Shown here in pieces: positions 8,569-17,040 of a DNA stretch of 60,202 nucleotides. A program made the translations under genes and the position numbers. The notes under the pieces were generated by a model, which worked only from the letters and a program-made list of their open reading frames with translations, was not told the origin of the DNA and searched no databases. Within the stretch, counting starts at the first letter, position 1, and every line of letters begins with the position of its first letter. The DNA comes from Anaerolineae bacterium. Its GTDB lineage: Bacteria; Chloroflexota; Anaerolineae; UBA1429. The stretch lies in assembly GCA_007132185.1 (NCBI GenBank), contig SLPC01000081.1:1-60202 (forward strand), in the 5' to 3' direction.

Positions 8569-10383
8569 ATGACACAAGTCAAAGAAGAGAAAGATGGCAG
8601 CCGTGTGGCCCCCTCTGAGGGCTTTGTGAAGCTCATTCGCCATCAGATCGCTAACCTGCAGCGCATCATCGCGCTGGAGAGCCAGGGGACGCCGGTTGCG
8701 ATCGAGGCTTTTTCCTTCAGACAGCAAATAGGCGAGGCCGTTTGCGCGCAGGAACAGGACGCACCAAGGGTGCTCAGAAAGGATCAGCCCGACCTGCCCG
8801 AAATGTACCGGCAGATCGAACCGCGGCTGCAGATGATCTCGCACCTGCTGGCGCACCTGGGCCGCTGCGGCACCTTTGAGGCCGGGGGACAGCCGGTAAG
8901 CGTCGAGAGCTTTCGCCTCAAGGATCTGGCCTTTTGGGCGCGCTATCCCAGCTCCAATCTGCTGGACAACTTGGGCGAGCTGTCGTCCTGGTGCAGCAGC
9001 GACTGTGTCTTTTGCTTTCTAAAGGGCGCCCCCATGATCGCCTGGCGGCGCCCGATGCTGTCGATACAGGAGGCCAAAACCAGGGCGCGCTACTTTACGC
9101 CAGCCAAGCAGCGCGGCTTGCCCACACCGATGGCGGTGCCGGGCGAGCCCCTGGCGAACCCTGATACTGTCGAGCTGCTTCAGATCGTGCGCGAGACCAA
9201 CCCGGACACGGTCATGGACCTTACCACCAATGGCGATTTTCTGAGCGAGACGCTGGTCGATGCGTTGGCCGCCCTCAAGCCGCTGCACATCTCCCTCTCG
9301 CTAAACTCGTCCAACGCGGAGCGGCGCCGCCGGGTCATGCGGTCGCCCCGGGCTGAGCAGGGCATACGTGCCGCCGAACTGCTGCGGTCGCGGGACATCC
9401 AGTTCACGGGAAGCATCGTCCCTTCGCCCAACGAGCCTCTGGACGATGTGGCCGAGACCATACGCTATCTCGATAGCCATCATCCTATCCAGATCCGACT
9501 GCTGCTGCCAGGCTATACCCGCTACAACGCCGACGCGGTCCAGTTTGATACGCCCATCTTCTGGCAGGCCCTGGTGGACCTGGCCGACCAGATGCGCCCC
9601 GAGCTCTCGTCGCCGGTCTTGATCCAGCCTTCGTTCTATTGGAATAGGACCATCATGGCTTATATCGACGGGATTTTCCCCAACTCACCCGCCGCCCATG
9701 CCGGGCTGCAATTCGGCGATCTTGTTACCAGGGTCAACGAACAGGTCGTGATCAGCCGCGCCGAGGCGGTGCACTTTTTGCAGCAAAAGCCAAGAGACGG
9801 CAGCCCCTGGGCGGTGGATGTCGAGATACAACGAGGAAGAGAGCGGTTCACCGTCACGCTCTCGAACCAGCTCGACCGGGAGGAGGATTTCTATCCCTAC
9901 AAGCCCCAGGGCTATGCTCCCTCCTTTAGCGCCCTGGCCCGTTGGGGCTTTGGCATCCAACTGGCCGACGGCTTTGACATGGGGGCGCTCAAGCGCCTCA
10001 AAGAGATCGTCACAAGACATCCGGAAGCGGAGCGGGTGCTGATCTTTACGACGCCCCTGGTCAGGGATCTGTATGCCCAGGCCCTGCAGATCGTGGGCGA
10101 TTCGCCCGAATGCCGCCTGCCAGACGTCGAGGTGCGCATCACCATGGCCCAGCACAATTTCTGGGGCGGCAATATCATGATCGGCGATCTGCACGTCGTT
10201 CAGGATTATATCGACCAGATCCGGCTCGTGCAGCACTCGGGCTATCACCCCGACCTGGTCCTCATCCCCGGCAGCTTTGCCAACGCCTGGGGACTGGATC
10301 TGTTGGGGCACTCTTATGCCGAGATCGAGCGGCGGACGGGCACTACCGTGGAACTAATCCCTCTGCAGCGTATCATGGTCTAG
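8569..10383 (+). CDS. radical SAM protein with internal PDZ-like domain and DUF512-like C-terminal domain
   Basis: CX3CX2C (WCSSDCVFC) at about residue 150. PDZ-like segment: GIFPNSPAAHAGLQFGDLVTRVNEQVV. The C-terminus (NFWGGNIMIGDLHVVQDYIDQI...LIPGSF) resembles DUF512. Confidence 0.85.
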   Translation: MTQVKEEKDGSRVAPSEGFVKLIRHQIANLQRIIALESQGTPVAIEAFSFRQQIGEAVCAQEQDAPRVLRKDQPDLPEMYRQIEPRLQMISHLLAHLGRCGTFEAGGQPVSVESFRLKDLAFWARYPSSNLLDNLGELSSWCSSDCVFCFLKGAPMIAWRRPMLSIQEAKTRARYFTPAKQRGLPTPMAVPGEPLANPDTVELLQIVRETNPDTVMDLTTNGDFLSETLVDALAALKPLHISLSLNSSNAERRRRVMRSPRAEQGIRAAELLRSRDIQFTGSIVPSPNEPLDDVAETIRYLDSHHPIQIRLLLPGYTRYNADAVQFDTPIFWQALVDLADQMRPELSSPVLIQPSFYWNRTIMAYIDGIFPNSPAAHAGLQFGDLVTRVNEQVVISRAEAVHFLQQKPRDGSPWAVDVEIQRGRERFTVTLSNQLDREEDFYPYKPQGYAPSFSALARWGFGIQLADGFDMGALKRLKEIVTRHPEAERVLIFTTPLVRDLYAQALQIVGDSPECRLPDVEVRITMAQHNFWGGNIMIGDLHVVQDYIDQIRLVQHSGYHPDLVLIPGSFANAWGLDLLGHSYAEIERRTGTTVELIPLQRIMV

Positions 10384-10475
10384 CCATCGCTGGCTGTGGC
10401 GTAGGCATGGCCGGCATCCATTTCGTCGCCCGATCGCCACAACCGCAACGGTAGAACCAGGCCCTCGGCGGCCTT

Positions 10476-10511
10476 GACCGGGGCCCTCCACGATACCGAT
10501 GTGTTCTAACA
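10476..10511 (-). pseudogene. degenerate copy of the panE 5' end (SD + ATG + first ~12 codons)
   Basis: The minus strand reads GGTGAGGAATC ATG TTA GAA CAC ATC GGT ATC GTG GAG GGC CCC GGT (MLEHIGIVEGPG). Intact panE reads MQGRIGIVGAGG. The reading frame decays downstream. Confidence 0.4.
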
Positions 10512-10547
10512 TGATTCCTCACCCTGTCCGATGATGCTGTGGCGCTT

Positions 10548-11441
10548 CTACCGCCAGGGAGCATCGGGGTCAACGGCCTCCCAGGTCACAATCAATTCCC
10601 GATCGCAGGGGCGCCCCTGGACATAGGCCGCATCGAAATCGTACTCGGCGCGCCAGCCCACCTCGTGAAAGAGAGCCACGGTGCGCACCGTGAGGCCCTC
10701 GTCAGTGACCTCGATATCCTTGAACTCGAACGGGCTCTCGGCAAAGCTGCTAGCCATCAGCCAATGCGCCTTACCCAGCGACCCCAGGCTATTGATATGA
10801 CTGTGGCCCGAGAGAATAAGATGCAGGCTGGCATAGGCCTCTGCCAGCTCGGCCAGGGCCTCGGCATACGCAGGCGGCGGGCCATGGGAATCCTCGGCCT
10901 CGCCGGTCTGCTCGGCCGATACCGCCCCGGGGGCGCTGTGGCAACAGAGGAGTTGCGGGATGTGATACCCACCGGCCAGGCGGGCCTCGAGCTCGTCAAG
11001 CTGCTCGGGATAGAGGGCGGCATGCGGCACATCCTCATCCCAGAAATAGGGTCGGTCGCCCCACTGGGTGGGTATTACATGCAGGAGACAGTCGTCCAGG
11101 TCGAGGGTATAGGCAGGCTCGCCCTCGGCAAAGAGATGGCCGCCAAACTTGCGCCACATATCCAGCGCATCCGGGGCGGTGAGATCATGGTTGCCCAGGG
11201 CCAGGTAGAGGGGCACCGAGAGGGTCGCCCAGTCGGCCACGGCCTGCTCGATCACTTCTGCCTCGGCCCACTCGACCATGTCGCCGCCATGCAGCACCAG
11301 GTCGATGTTGCCCCGCTGTCGGATCCACATTTCGAGTGCGTCGATGAGCTGGGGCAACCGCTCGATATAGGACACCTGACGGTGATAGCCCCGTGGCCCG
11401 CCGCCATGATGCGTGTCGCTGAGGTAGATCAGTCGCGTCAT
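10548..11441 (-). CDS. metallophosphoesterase (calcineurin-like)
   Basis: Motifs LSDTHHGG, GGDMVE and GNHD. Start set at ATG 11441 (SD AAGGAG), giving MTRLIYLSDTH. The track ORF extends to 11468. Confidence 0.85.
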   Translation of the reverse strand: MTRLIYLSDTHHGGGPRGYHRQVSYIERLPQLIDALEMWIRQRGNIDLVLHGGDMVEWAEAEVIEQAVADWATLSVPLYLALGNHDLTAPDALDMWRKFGGHLFAEGEPAYTLDLDDCLLHVIPTQWGDRPYFWDEDVPHAALYPEQLDELEARLAGGYHIPQLLCCHSAPGAVSAEQTGEAEDSHGPPPAYAEALAELAEAYASLHLILSGHSHINSLGSLGKAHWLMASSFAESPFEFKDIEVTDEGLTVRTVALFHEVGWRAEYDFDAAYVQGRPCDRELIVTWEAVDPDAPWR

Positions 11442-11542
11442 GCCGCTCCTTGCTGGTCGAGATAGCACGAGTGTAACACGACAAGCGCCACGGAGCCAAC
11501 ATCGAACGCCGGCCCTTTACGGCTGAGATTCGGTTTCGCGGA

Positions 11543-13000
11543 TTACTTGATCGTCATCGGCAACCAGCGCCGAGGATACTCTGGTGGAAAAGGCGTTCTC
11601 GTGGGAGTAGGCATCGGCGTCATCGTAGGAGTAGGCGTCCGTGTCGGGGTGCGGGTTACCGTTGGCGTCATGGTTCGAGTCGGAGTAGGATTGGCCGGCG
11701 CACCTTGCTGGACAGCCCTGTAGACGTTCAGGCGGCCAACCCCGTAGAAAGAGTTCCATCCGGGTGGAACGTCAGCATTATCCATGAGCGCCTGAATCAC
11801 CTGATTCGGTGTGTAATTTGGGCGATAGGACCAGACCAGCCCGGCCGCGGCACTGACCAGAGGCGCAGCCATAGAGGTGCCGCTCGCATAACCGTAGGGA
11901 GGATTCGAGTGCCACGGCGGAAGGGTAGAGAGTATGCTCTCCCCCGGGGCTCCGAGGTTGCCATATTGGCTAAAAGAGGCAGGCCAGTCATTGCTGCTCG
12001 TGGCTGTGATGGCACCCACCCCGGGCAAAGCCGCTGGATACGTCGGATTACCGGGCCCGCCATTGCCTGCCGCTGCTATGATCACAGCTCCTTTGTCCAG
12101 AGCATAGTCAACGGCGCTTGCCTCAAGGCTCGAGTATGAACCGCCCAGACTCAGGTTGATGATCGACTGCTTTCCCAGATGAACAGCCGCATCCGCTGCA
12201 AAGGCAATCCCATTGGCTGAATCAGAGGTGGACCCGCGACCCTCATTATCAAGCACCTTGACATAAAGCGTTGAGCACAACGGGCACAGCCCGCTGATCC
12301 CGATCCCGTTGTTGCCCGCCGCCGTCGCAATGCCCGTCACATGGGTTCCATGACCATTGTCATCCCAGGGATCATTGTCATTGTGGATGAAATCCCACCC
12401 CAGCCATGCGTCTGCAGGGCGATCGGGGTGAAAGTAATCGAATCCGGAATCGACAATCGAGACGAGAACCTGGGTAGAGCCCAGGGTCAAGTTCCATGCG
12501 TGCGGAGCCTGCACTTTGGGCAAGCCCCATTGCAGAGAGTAATAAGGATCGTTGGGAGTAAACGATACTGATCTGTTCCCATCAATCTCGGCATCGATTA
12601 CCTGCGGCAGCGAGGTCAGGGTCTCGAGTTCGGCGCTGGCTATAGAAGCATCCTGACTGCAGACACGCCACCATTGGGGGACCAGCAGGCCTTCGATCTG
12701 CGTGTACCCCTGCTCTTCCAGCAGCTTTCGAAACGCTTCAGAGGAGACATTGTCGGCACGCTTGATAACCAGAGCTACATCACAAGAGATGGCCTCTGGC
12801 CGGTCCCGGACCTCATCGCGATCCTCTTCCAACCTGGCAAGGAACTCGTCAGCATCCAGGGGAGGAGGCAGGCAGATACCGTCGTCACGGCAAAAGAGAT
12901 CGCGATCCTCCTCTGCAGAGAACGATAGAGGCAGGAAAAGACCGGTAAAAAGAACCACCAGACAGAGACAGATCAGCCATCGGGATCTAGGCTTGTTCAC
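11543..13000 (-). CDS. secreted subtilisin-like serine protease (S8) with C-terminal Pro/Thr-rich linker
   Basis: Asp/His/Ser triad motifs VSIVDSGF, GHGTHVTG and SGTSMAAP. Has a signal peptide. GTG start after AAGGAGG. PT-rich tail: PTPTRTMTPTVTRTPTRTPTPTMTPMPTPTRTP. Confidence 0.9.
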   Translation of the reverse strand: MNKPRSRWLICLCLVVLFTGLFLPLSFSAEEDRDLFCRDDGICLPPPLDADEFLARLEEDRDEVRDRPEAISCDVALVIKRADNVSSEAFRKLLEEQGYTQIEGLLVPQWWRVCSQDASIASAELETLTSLPQVIDAEIDGNRSVSFTPNDPYYSLQWGLPKVQAPHAWNLTLGSTQVLVSIVDSGFDYFHPDRPADAWLGWDFIHNDNDPWDDNGHGTHVTGIATAAGNNGIGISGLCPLCSTLYVKVLDNEGRGSTSDSANGIAFAADAAVHLGKQSIINLSLGGSYSSLEASAVDYALDKGAVIIAAAGNGGPGNPTYPAALPGVGAITATSSNDWPASFSQYGNLGAPGESILSTLPPWHSNPPYGYASGTSMAAPLVSAAAGLVWSYRPNYTPNQVIQALMDNADVPPGWNSFYGVGRLNVYRAVQQGAPANPTPTRTMTPTVTRTPTRTPTPTMTPMPTPTRTPFPPEYPRRWLPMTIK

Positions 13001-13135
13001 AACACACGGCCTCCTTATAGTGGATCGTCAGGGCGCCTATTATAAGCGCTCCTGCTGGCCTGTCCAGGGAGTTATGTCAGCACAGAGGCAGGTCGCTGGG
13101 AATGCTGAAGACAGCGCAGAGGGCCATCCCGCTCC

Positions 13136-14647
13136 TCAGTACGCTCCCTCTCCTCGCAGCACAACGCCGATGGTGCGCCAGAGGATCCACAGGTCGAGGG
13201 CCAAGGAGTAGCGCCGGATATAGTAGAGATCATCCTCGACATGCAGATGCTTGGGCTTGTCGCTGCGCCCCGAGATCTGCCACCAGCCCGTGATGCCCTG
13301 GGGCACGCTAAAGCGGCGGCGCTGCCAGGGAGCATAGTGTCTGGTCAGGGCCGGTAGCTCGGGGCGGGGCCCCACCAGACTCATCTCGCCGCGCAGCACA
13401 TTCACCAGTTGGGGCAGCTCATCCAGGCTGTAGCGTCGCAGCCAGCGTCCCACGCGGGTGATGCGGTCATCATCCGGCTCTTTGCAAAAGTCCAGGTGGC
13501 CATCGTCACCCTGCGAGATCAGCGCCTCTTGCTCTCGATCAGCGCCCAGCACCATGGTACGGAACTTGAGCATCCAAAAGAGCCGCTCGCCCTCGCCAAC
13601 ACGCCGGCTGAGGTAGAGGATCGGACCGCGCGAGTCCAGCACAATGGCCAGTCCGATCAGGACCATCAGGGGGATCAGCAGGATCAGCAGCATCGCAGAT
13701 ACGACCAGATCAAAGATCCGCTTGAGCGCCCGATCGATGGGGCCGATGACCGGCTCGTTCAACCCGATGAGGAACAGGTCGCCCAGCGGCTCTACATCGG
13801 CTCGGGATAAGATACGCTGGGAATAGTCAGGGACGACGCGGATATGCACCGGTTGCTCCTGCAGTAGCGCGATCCAGCGATCCAGTTGGGGCTGTGCATC
13901 GGGGGCCAGCGCCAAGATCACTTCGTCAATGCCCAGGCCCTGGATGATCTCGGCGGCATCCTCGGCACCCCCAAGCACGGGCAACCGTTCTATTGCCGTC
14001 GGCAGGGGCTCTGCCTGAGTGCGCTCGTCCAAATAGCCCATCAGGTCCGCATCGGCAGCACGCTCCGCCTCCAGGGCGCGGGCCACGCGACGCCCCACAA
14101 CGCCCAGGCCCACAACCAGAATTCTGCGGCGTTCCAGACCCTGACCCTGGGCCCGCGCCCGCCAGATCGCGCGCGCCCCCACGGTCAGGGCCAGATCCAA
14201 CGCCACAAAGTAAAAAAACATGAGCCGCGAGAGCTCGCGATAGGAAAGGTAGAGCAGCCCGGCATACACGAGGGCTGCGATGGCAACTCCCCCCACCACG
14301 GCCTGCAGCTCGTCTACGGGGTCGGCCATGCGCCGCCGGTCATAGCTATGGACGGCGGCCAGCGTCACCGACCAGACGACCAGCGCCAACATCAGCATGG
14401 GCCAGCGGAGGGCCAGGCCGTCGGCGTCTATGGGCAGACCAAAGGGCAGGGTGACCCGTAACCAGCGCGCCAGGTAGAGGCTGACGAATAGGCACGCTAT
14501 ATCAGTGATATAGCGTGCCAGTGCCAGAGGCACGACCGCCTCTCTTGGGCGTGCGACATGCGTCGCCTTATTCTGCCGCTCTGCGCCACGCTTCCGAGCG
14601 TCACGCTTCCGAGCGTCACGCTTCCTGACTTTGGGTCGTTCGGTCAT
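13136..14647 (-). CDS. polyprenyl-phosphate glycosyl-1-phosphate transferase (WbaP/EpsB-type bacterial sugar transferase)
   Basis: 503 aa with N-terminal TM helices. The C-terminal domain KRIFDLVVSAMLLILLIPLMVLIGLAIVLDSRGPILY...KFRTM is typical of the bacterial sugar transferase family. Confidence 0.85.
   Translation of the reverse strand: MTERPKVRKRDARKRDARKRGAERQNKATHVARPREAVVPLALARYITDIACLFVSLYLARWLRVTLPFGLPIDADGLALRWPMLMLALVVWSVTLAAVHSYDRRRMADPVDELQAVVGGVAIAALVYAGLLYLSYRELSRLMFFYFVALDLALTVGARAIWRARAQGQGLERRRILVVGLGVVGRRVARALEAERAADADLMGYLDERTQAEPLPTAIERLPVLGGAEDAAEIIQGLGIDEVILALAPDAQPQLDRWIALLQEQPVHIRVVPDYSQRILSRADVEPLGDLFLIGLNEPVIGPIDRALKRIFDLVVSAMLLILLIPLMVLIGLAIVLDSRGPILYLSRRVGEGERLFWMLKFRTMVLGADREQEALISQGDDGHLDFCKEPDDDRITRVGRWLRRYSLDELPQLVNVLRGEMSLVGPRPELPALTRHYAPWQRRRFSVPQGITGWWQISGRSDKPKHLHVEDDLYYIRRYSLALDLWILWRTIGVVLRGEGAY
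14587..14625. repeat. 15-bp tandem repeat (2.6 copies) inside the sugar transferase 5' end
   Basis: CACGCTTCCGAGCGT occurs at 14587-14601 and 14602-14616, plus a partial copy at 14617-14625. It encodes KRDARKRDARKR in the N-terminal tail. Confidence 0.8.
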
Positions 14648-14717
14648 ATTCTTGGCCAGGTGAGACGGCTCCGTGTCAGCACTGTGTCACGTCGCCGAGT
14701 CTCGACAAACATCGGCG

Positions 14718-15218
14718 CTAGACTCCAAAGAATCCCAACAGCAAGCGCAGTATCCATCCAATCACGATGGTCAGTGCCGCCTTTTCGGTGGTTAGCTCCA
14801 TGATCTCGCGGATGGCGAAAAAGCCCAGCACCAAGGACAGGATACCGCCCACCAGCGCCGCGATCCAGCCGAGGCAGGGGATCACGGCCAGCAGCGCCAG
14901 GACCGAGGGCGCCATCGTAAAGCCCAGCACACGCAACACGGCCATAAAGGTCGCCTGGCCGGTGAATAGCTTGGTGCCCACCAGATAGACCAGGCCGGCC
15001 CAGATGAGCCACCCCAGCGGCACCTGAATGATAAGGGTATACAAGAACAGGATCAGGCTGCGCCCCGCGATGCCTGATCCGATAGCCGAGGCGATCGCGA
15101 CAACCAGAACGATGATAGCGGCCTGCACGGTAGCCTCATCGTCTTGGGCGATCTCCCGATAGACGGTGTGATCGAACTGCAACATGCGGGTCAGGCGGGC
15201 GATGATCTGGTCCAACAT
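14718..15218 (-). CDS. Yip1-domain membrane protein
   Basis: N-terminal MLDQIIARLTRMLQFDHTVYREIAQDDEAT followed by about 5 TM helices. Start set at ATG 15218 (SD AGGAGAG). The track ORF extends to 15251. Confidence 0.7.
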   Translation of the reverse strand: MLDQIIARLTRMLQFDHTVYREIAQDDEATVQAAIIVLVVAIASAIGSGIAGRSLILFLYTLIIQVPLGWLIWAGLVYLVGTKLFTGQATFMAVLRVLGFTMAPSVLALLAVIPCLGWIAALVGGILSLVLGFFAIREIMELTTEKAALTIVIGWILRLLLGFFGV

Positions 15219-15343
15219 TCTGTACTCTCCTGTCCTTTCTCCATCGAACATGCATTGTGGCCAACCACACCCTATACGTTGAGAGTACGCCAGGGTCGCG
15301 TCTAACCGTGAAAATCTGATTACAGCGATCAGATTGTACGCGG

Positions 15344-15859
15344 CTAGGCGATCGACGCTCCATAGAGCGCCCGTGGCTCTGAGAGCTGCAGGCCGCGCCA
15401 GAGACGCTCCCTGGGCGCCTCTTTGCGCCAGAGGTCCCCAATCTCGCTGGCCTGCAACAGGGCGGCTAGATCAGTGTGGATAAAGGTGACACGCCGCAAC
15501 CGCAAGCTGGGAATAGGGCGCGGCAAGCGCTGCAAGGACCCCAGCTCCAGCTTGTAGTACAGGTCATCGCCCCGGGGATGGTCCACATCCTCGGGCAGCA
15601 GCTCGCGCCTCGGCACCACACTGTAGCGCCGAATGGGCGCATAGTAGTGGATGGCCCAACGCAGCTCATCAAAGCACTTGGGGTGATAAAAGGCCAGGTA
15701 GGCTGCTCCGATCCGGCGCGGCGTGCGTCGCAGGGGAATGCGGTACCAGCCCTCCTGGCACACTCGCTCCCAATCGGCTACGCTGGGCACCACGGCCACC
15801 AGGACCCGCGGCGCCTCGTCCGCATGGCCCTCGGCCATCTCCCACGAATCATCCCACAT
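15344..15859 (-). CDS. conserved hypothetical protein
   Basis: Long ORF with GC-rich third positions. ATG 15859 lies 5 nt after AAGGAG. No family recognised. Confidence 0.55.
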   Translation of the reverse strand: MWDDSWEMAEGHADEAPRVLVAVVPSVADWERVCQEGWYRIPLRRTPRRIGAAYLAFYHPKCFDELRWAIHYYAPIRRYSVVPRRELLPEDVDHPRGDDLYYKLELGSLQRLPRPIPSLRLRRVTFIHTDLAALLQASEIGDLWRKEAPRERLWRGLQLSEPRALYGASIA

Positions 15860-15925
15860 ACTCACTCCTTCGTCTCAACCGATCAGACAGATGCCCGCCA
15901 CAACATGCCGGGCCCGCCCGCTGCG

Positions 15926-16909
15926 CTACAGGCCGGTCGCCTCAGCGATGGCCTGGCGTGCATAGATCAGATTGTCCAAGGGCGTATCGCTGGGCACCGT
16001 GCATCCCGCCCCCAGCATGAATCCCTGGGCGCCCATCTCGGCCAGCGCCTGATCGATCTCGCGTTGCAGATCCTCACGCGGTCCATAAACCAGAGGACCC
16101 CGCTCATCCAAGCCCCCCAGGATGCTCACTCCCCCAAAGATCACCTTGCCCTCCTGGAGCGACGGATTATTCGATTGATAGGCCCAATTAGCCAGATTCA
16201 CCGGATACTCAGCAAAGCGCTCCAGGTTAAGGCTCTGGCCACAAAAGTGCCCCACCAGATAGTCGGCCACCTGGCCGACCTCGCGCAGGACATGCAAATC
16301 AAAGGGCGCCACAAAGCTCGCGTGCTCCTCATCGGTCATATGATCACGCTCGCCCCCTTTGGCCGAGAAATAGATGCCGCCGGCGCCAGCCTCGACGACG
16401 CAGGCGCGGTAAAAGCGGGCCAGATCGTCGGCGATCACCTGCAGGCCTTCAAGCACCGGCTCTGGCTCGCGGCGTAGCTGCTCTAGCAGGGCCTTGCGGG
16501 CCTCGGGCTCGCCGGGATAGCGTTCTGGATCGCTGGCCTGCAGCGTAACGACCGCCTCGCGAAACGGGTTGAACGCGGTGGTGATGATGGGAACCTCGGC
16601 CCCCAGGGCATCCACGATGCCCTTGAGACCCTCCAGGTGACTCTGGAAGTGGGCCTCCGAAATAGGAGTGGGCTCCAGTTTGAGCCAGTCGGCGGGCTCG
16701 CGCACCTGAAAGCTGCCCACGGGGCCATAGCCGGTATCATTCATCACCTTGAGCAGGTCGAATCCTGTCTGCCGATAGAACTCGATATGTCTTTGGGCCA
16801 TGGCCTGGCCACCATAGTACTCGGGCTCAAAGTGGAACCAGAACCCCGCCGGCACATGATCCACCGGATGCCCCAGCAACATGGCCCGAAAGCGCTCGAT
16901 ACGATTCAT
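15926..16909 (-). CDS. uroporphyrinogen decarboxylase (URO-D) family protein, MtaA/CmuA-like
   Basis: 327 aa. N-terminus MNRIERFRAMLLGHPVDHVPAGFWFHF and overall URO-D-like layout. SD GAGGAGG. Confidence 0.75.
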   Translation of the reverse strand: MNRIERFRAMLLGHPVDHVPAGFWFHFEPEYYGGQAMAQRHIEFYRQTGFDLLKVMNDTGYGPVGSFQVREPADWLKLEPTPISEAHFQSHLEGLKGIVDALGAEVPIITTAFNPFREAVVTLQASDPERYPGEPEARKALLEQLRREPEPVLEGLQVIADDLARFYRACVVEAGAGGIYFSAKGGERDHMTDEEHASFVAPFDLHVLREVGQVADYLVGHFCGQSLNLERFAEYPVNLANWAYQSNNPSLQEGKVIFGGVSILGGLDERGPLVYGPREDLQREIDQALAEMGAQGFMLGAGCTVPSDTPLDNLIYARQAIAEATGL

Positions 16910-16993
16910 CTATATGCCTCCTCATACTTCTTGCCTCAAGTATAACGAACCCTGGAGTGCTTGTACAGTATCAGTCGGGATCGATCTCGACGA

Positions 16994-17022
16994 TTGACAA
17001 CCCCCTTTCCCCTGGCTATGAT
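16994..17022 (+). promoter_or_regulatory. putative promoter of the EamA transporter gene
   Basis: TTGACA (16994-16999), 17-nt spacer, TATGAT (17017-17022). Confidence 0.45.
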
Positions 17023-17040
17023 GCCGGCTATTGATAAAGA

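Noticed and set aside
6327-10547. Integrase, transposase, inverted terminal repeats or a tRNA attachment site associated with the inserted cassette
   Set aside because: None was found. The only boundary signature is the diverged direct duplication of the panE/metallophosphoesterase junction, so the region is not called a mobile element.
10539-11465. 308-aa + ORF antisense to the metallophosphoesterase
   Set aside because: It is a shadow ORF. The minus-strand frame carries all the metallophosphoesterase motifs.
11560-11700. Repetitive DNA at the 3' end of the subtilase gene, considered as a possible CRISPR or minisatellite
   Set aside because: The repeats are irregular and in frame, encoding a Pro/Thr linker (PTPTRT...). 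There is no repeat-spacer architecture.
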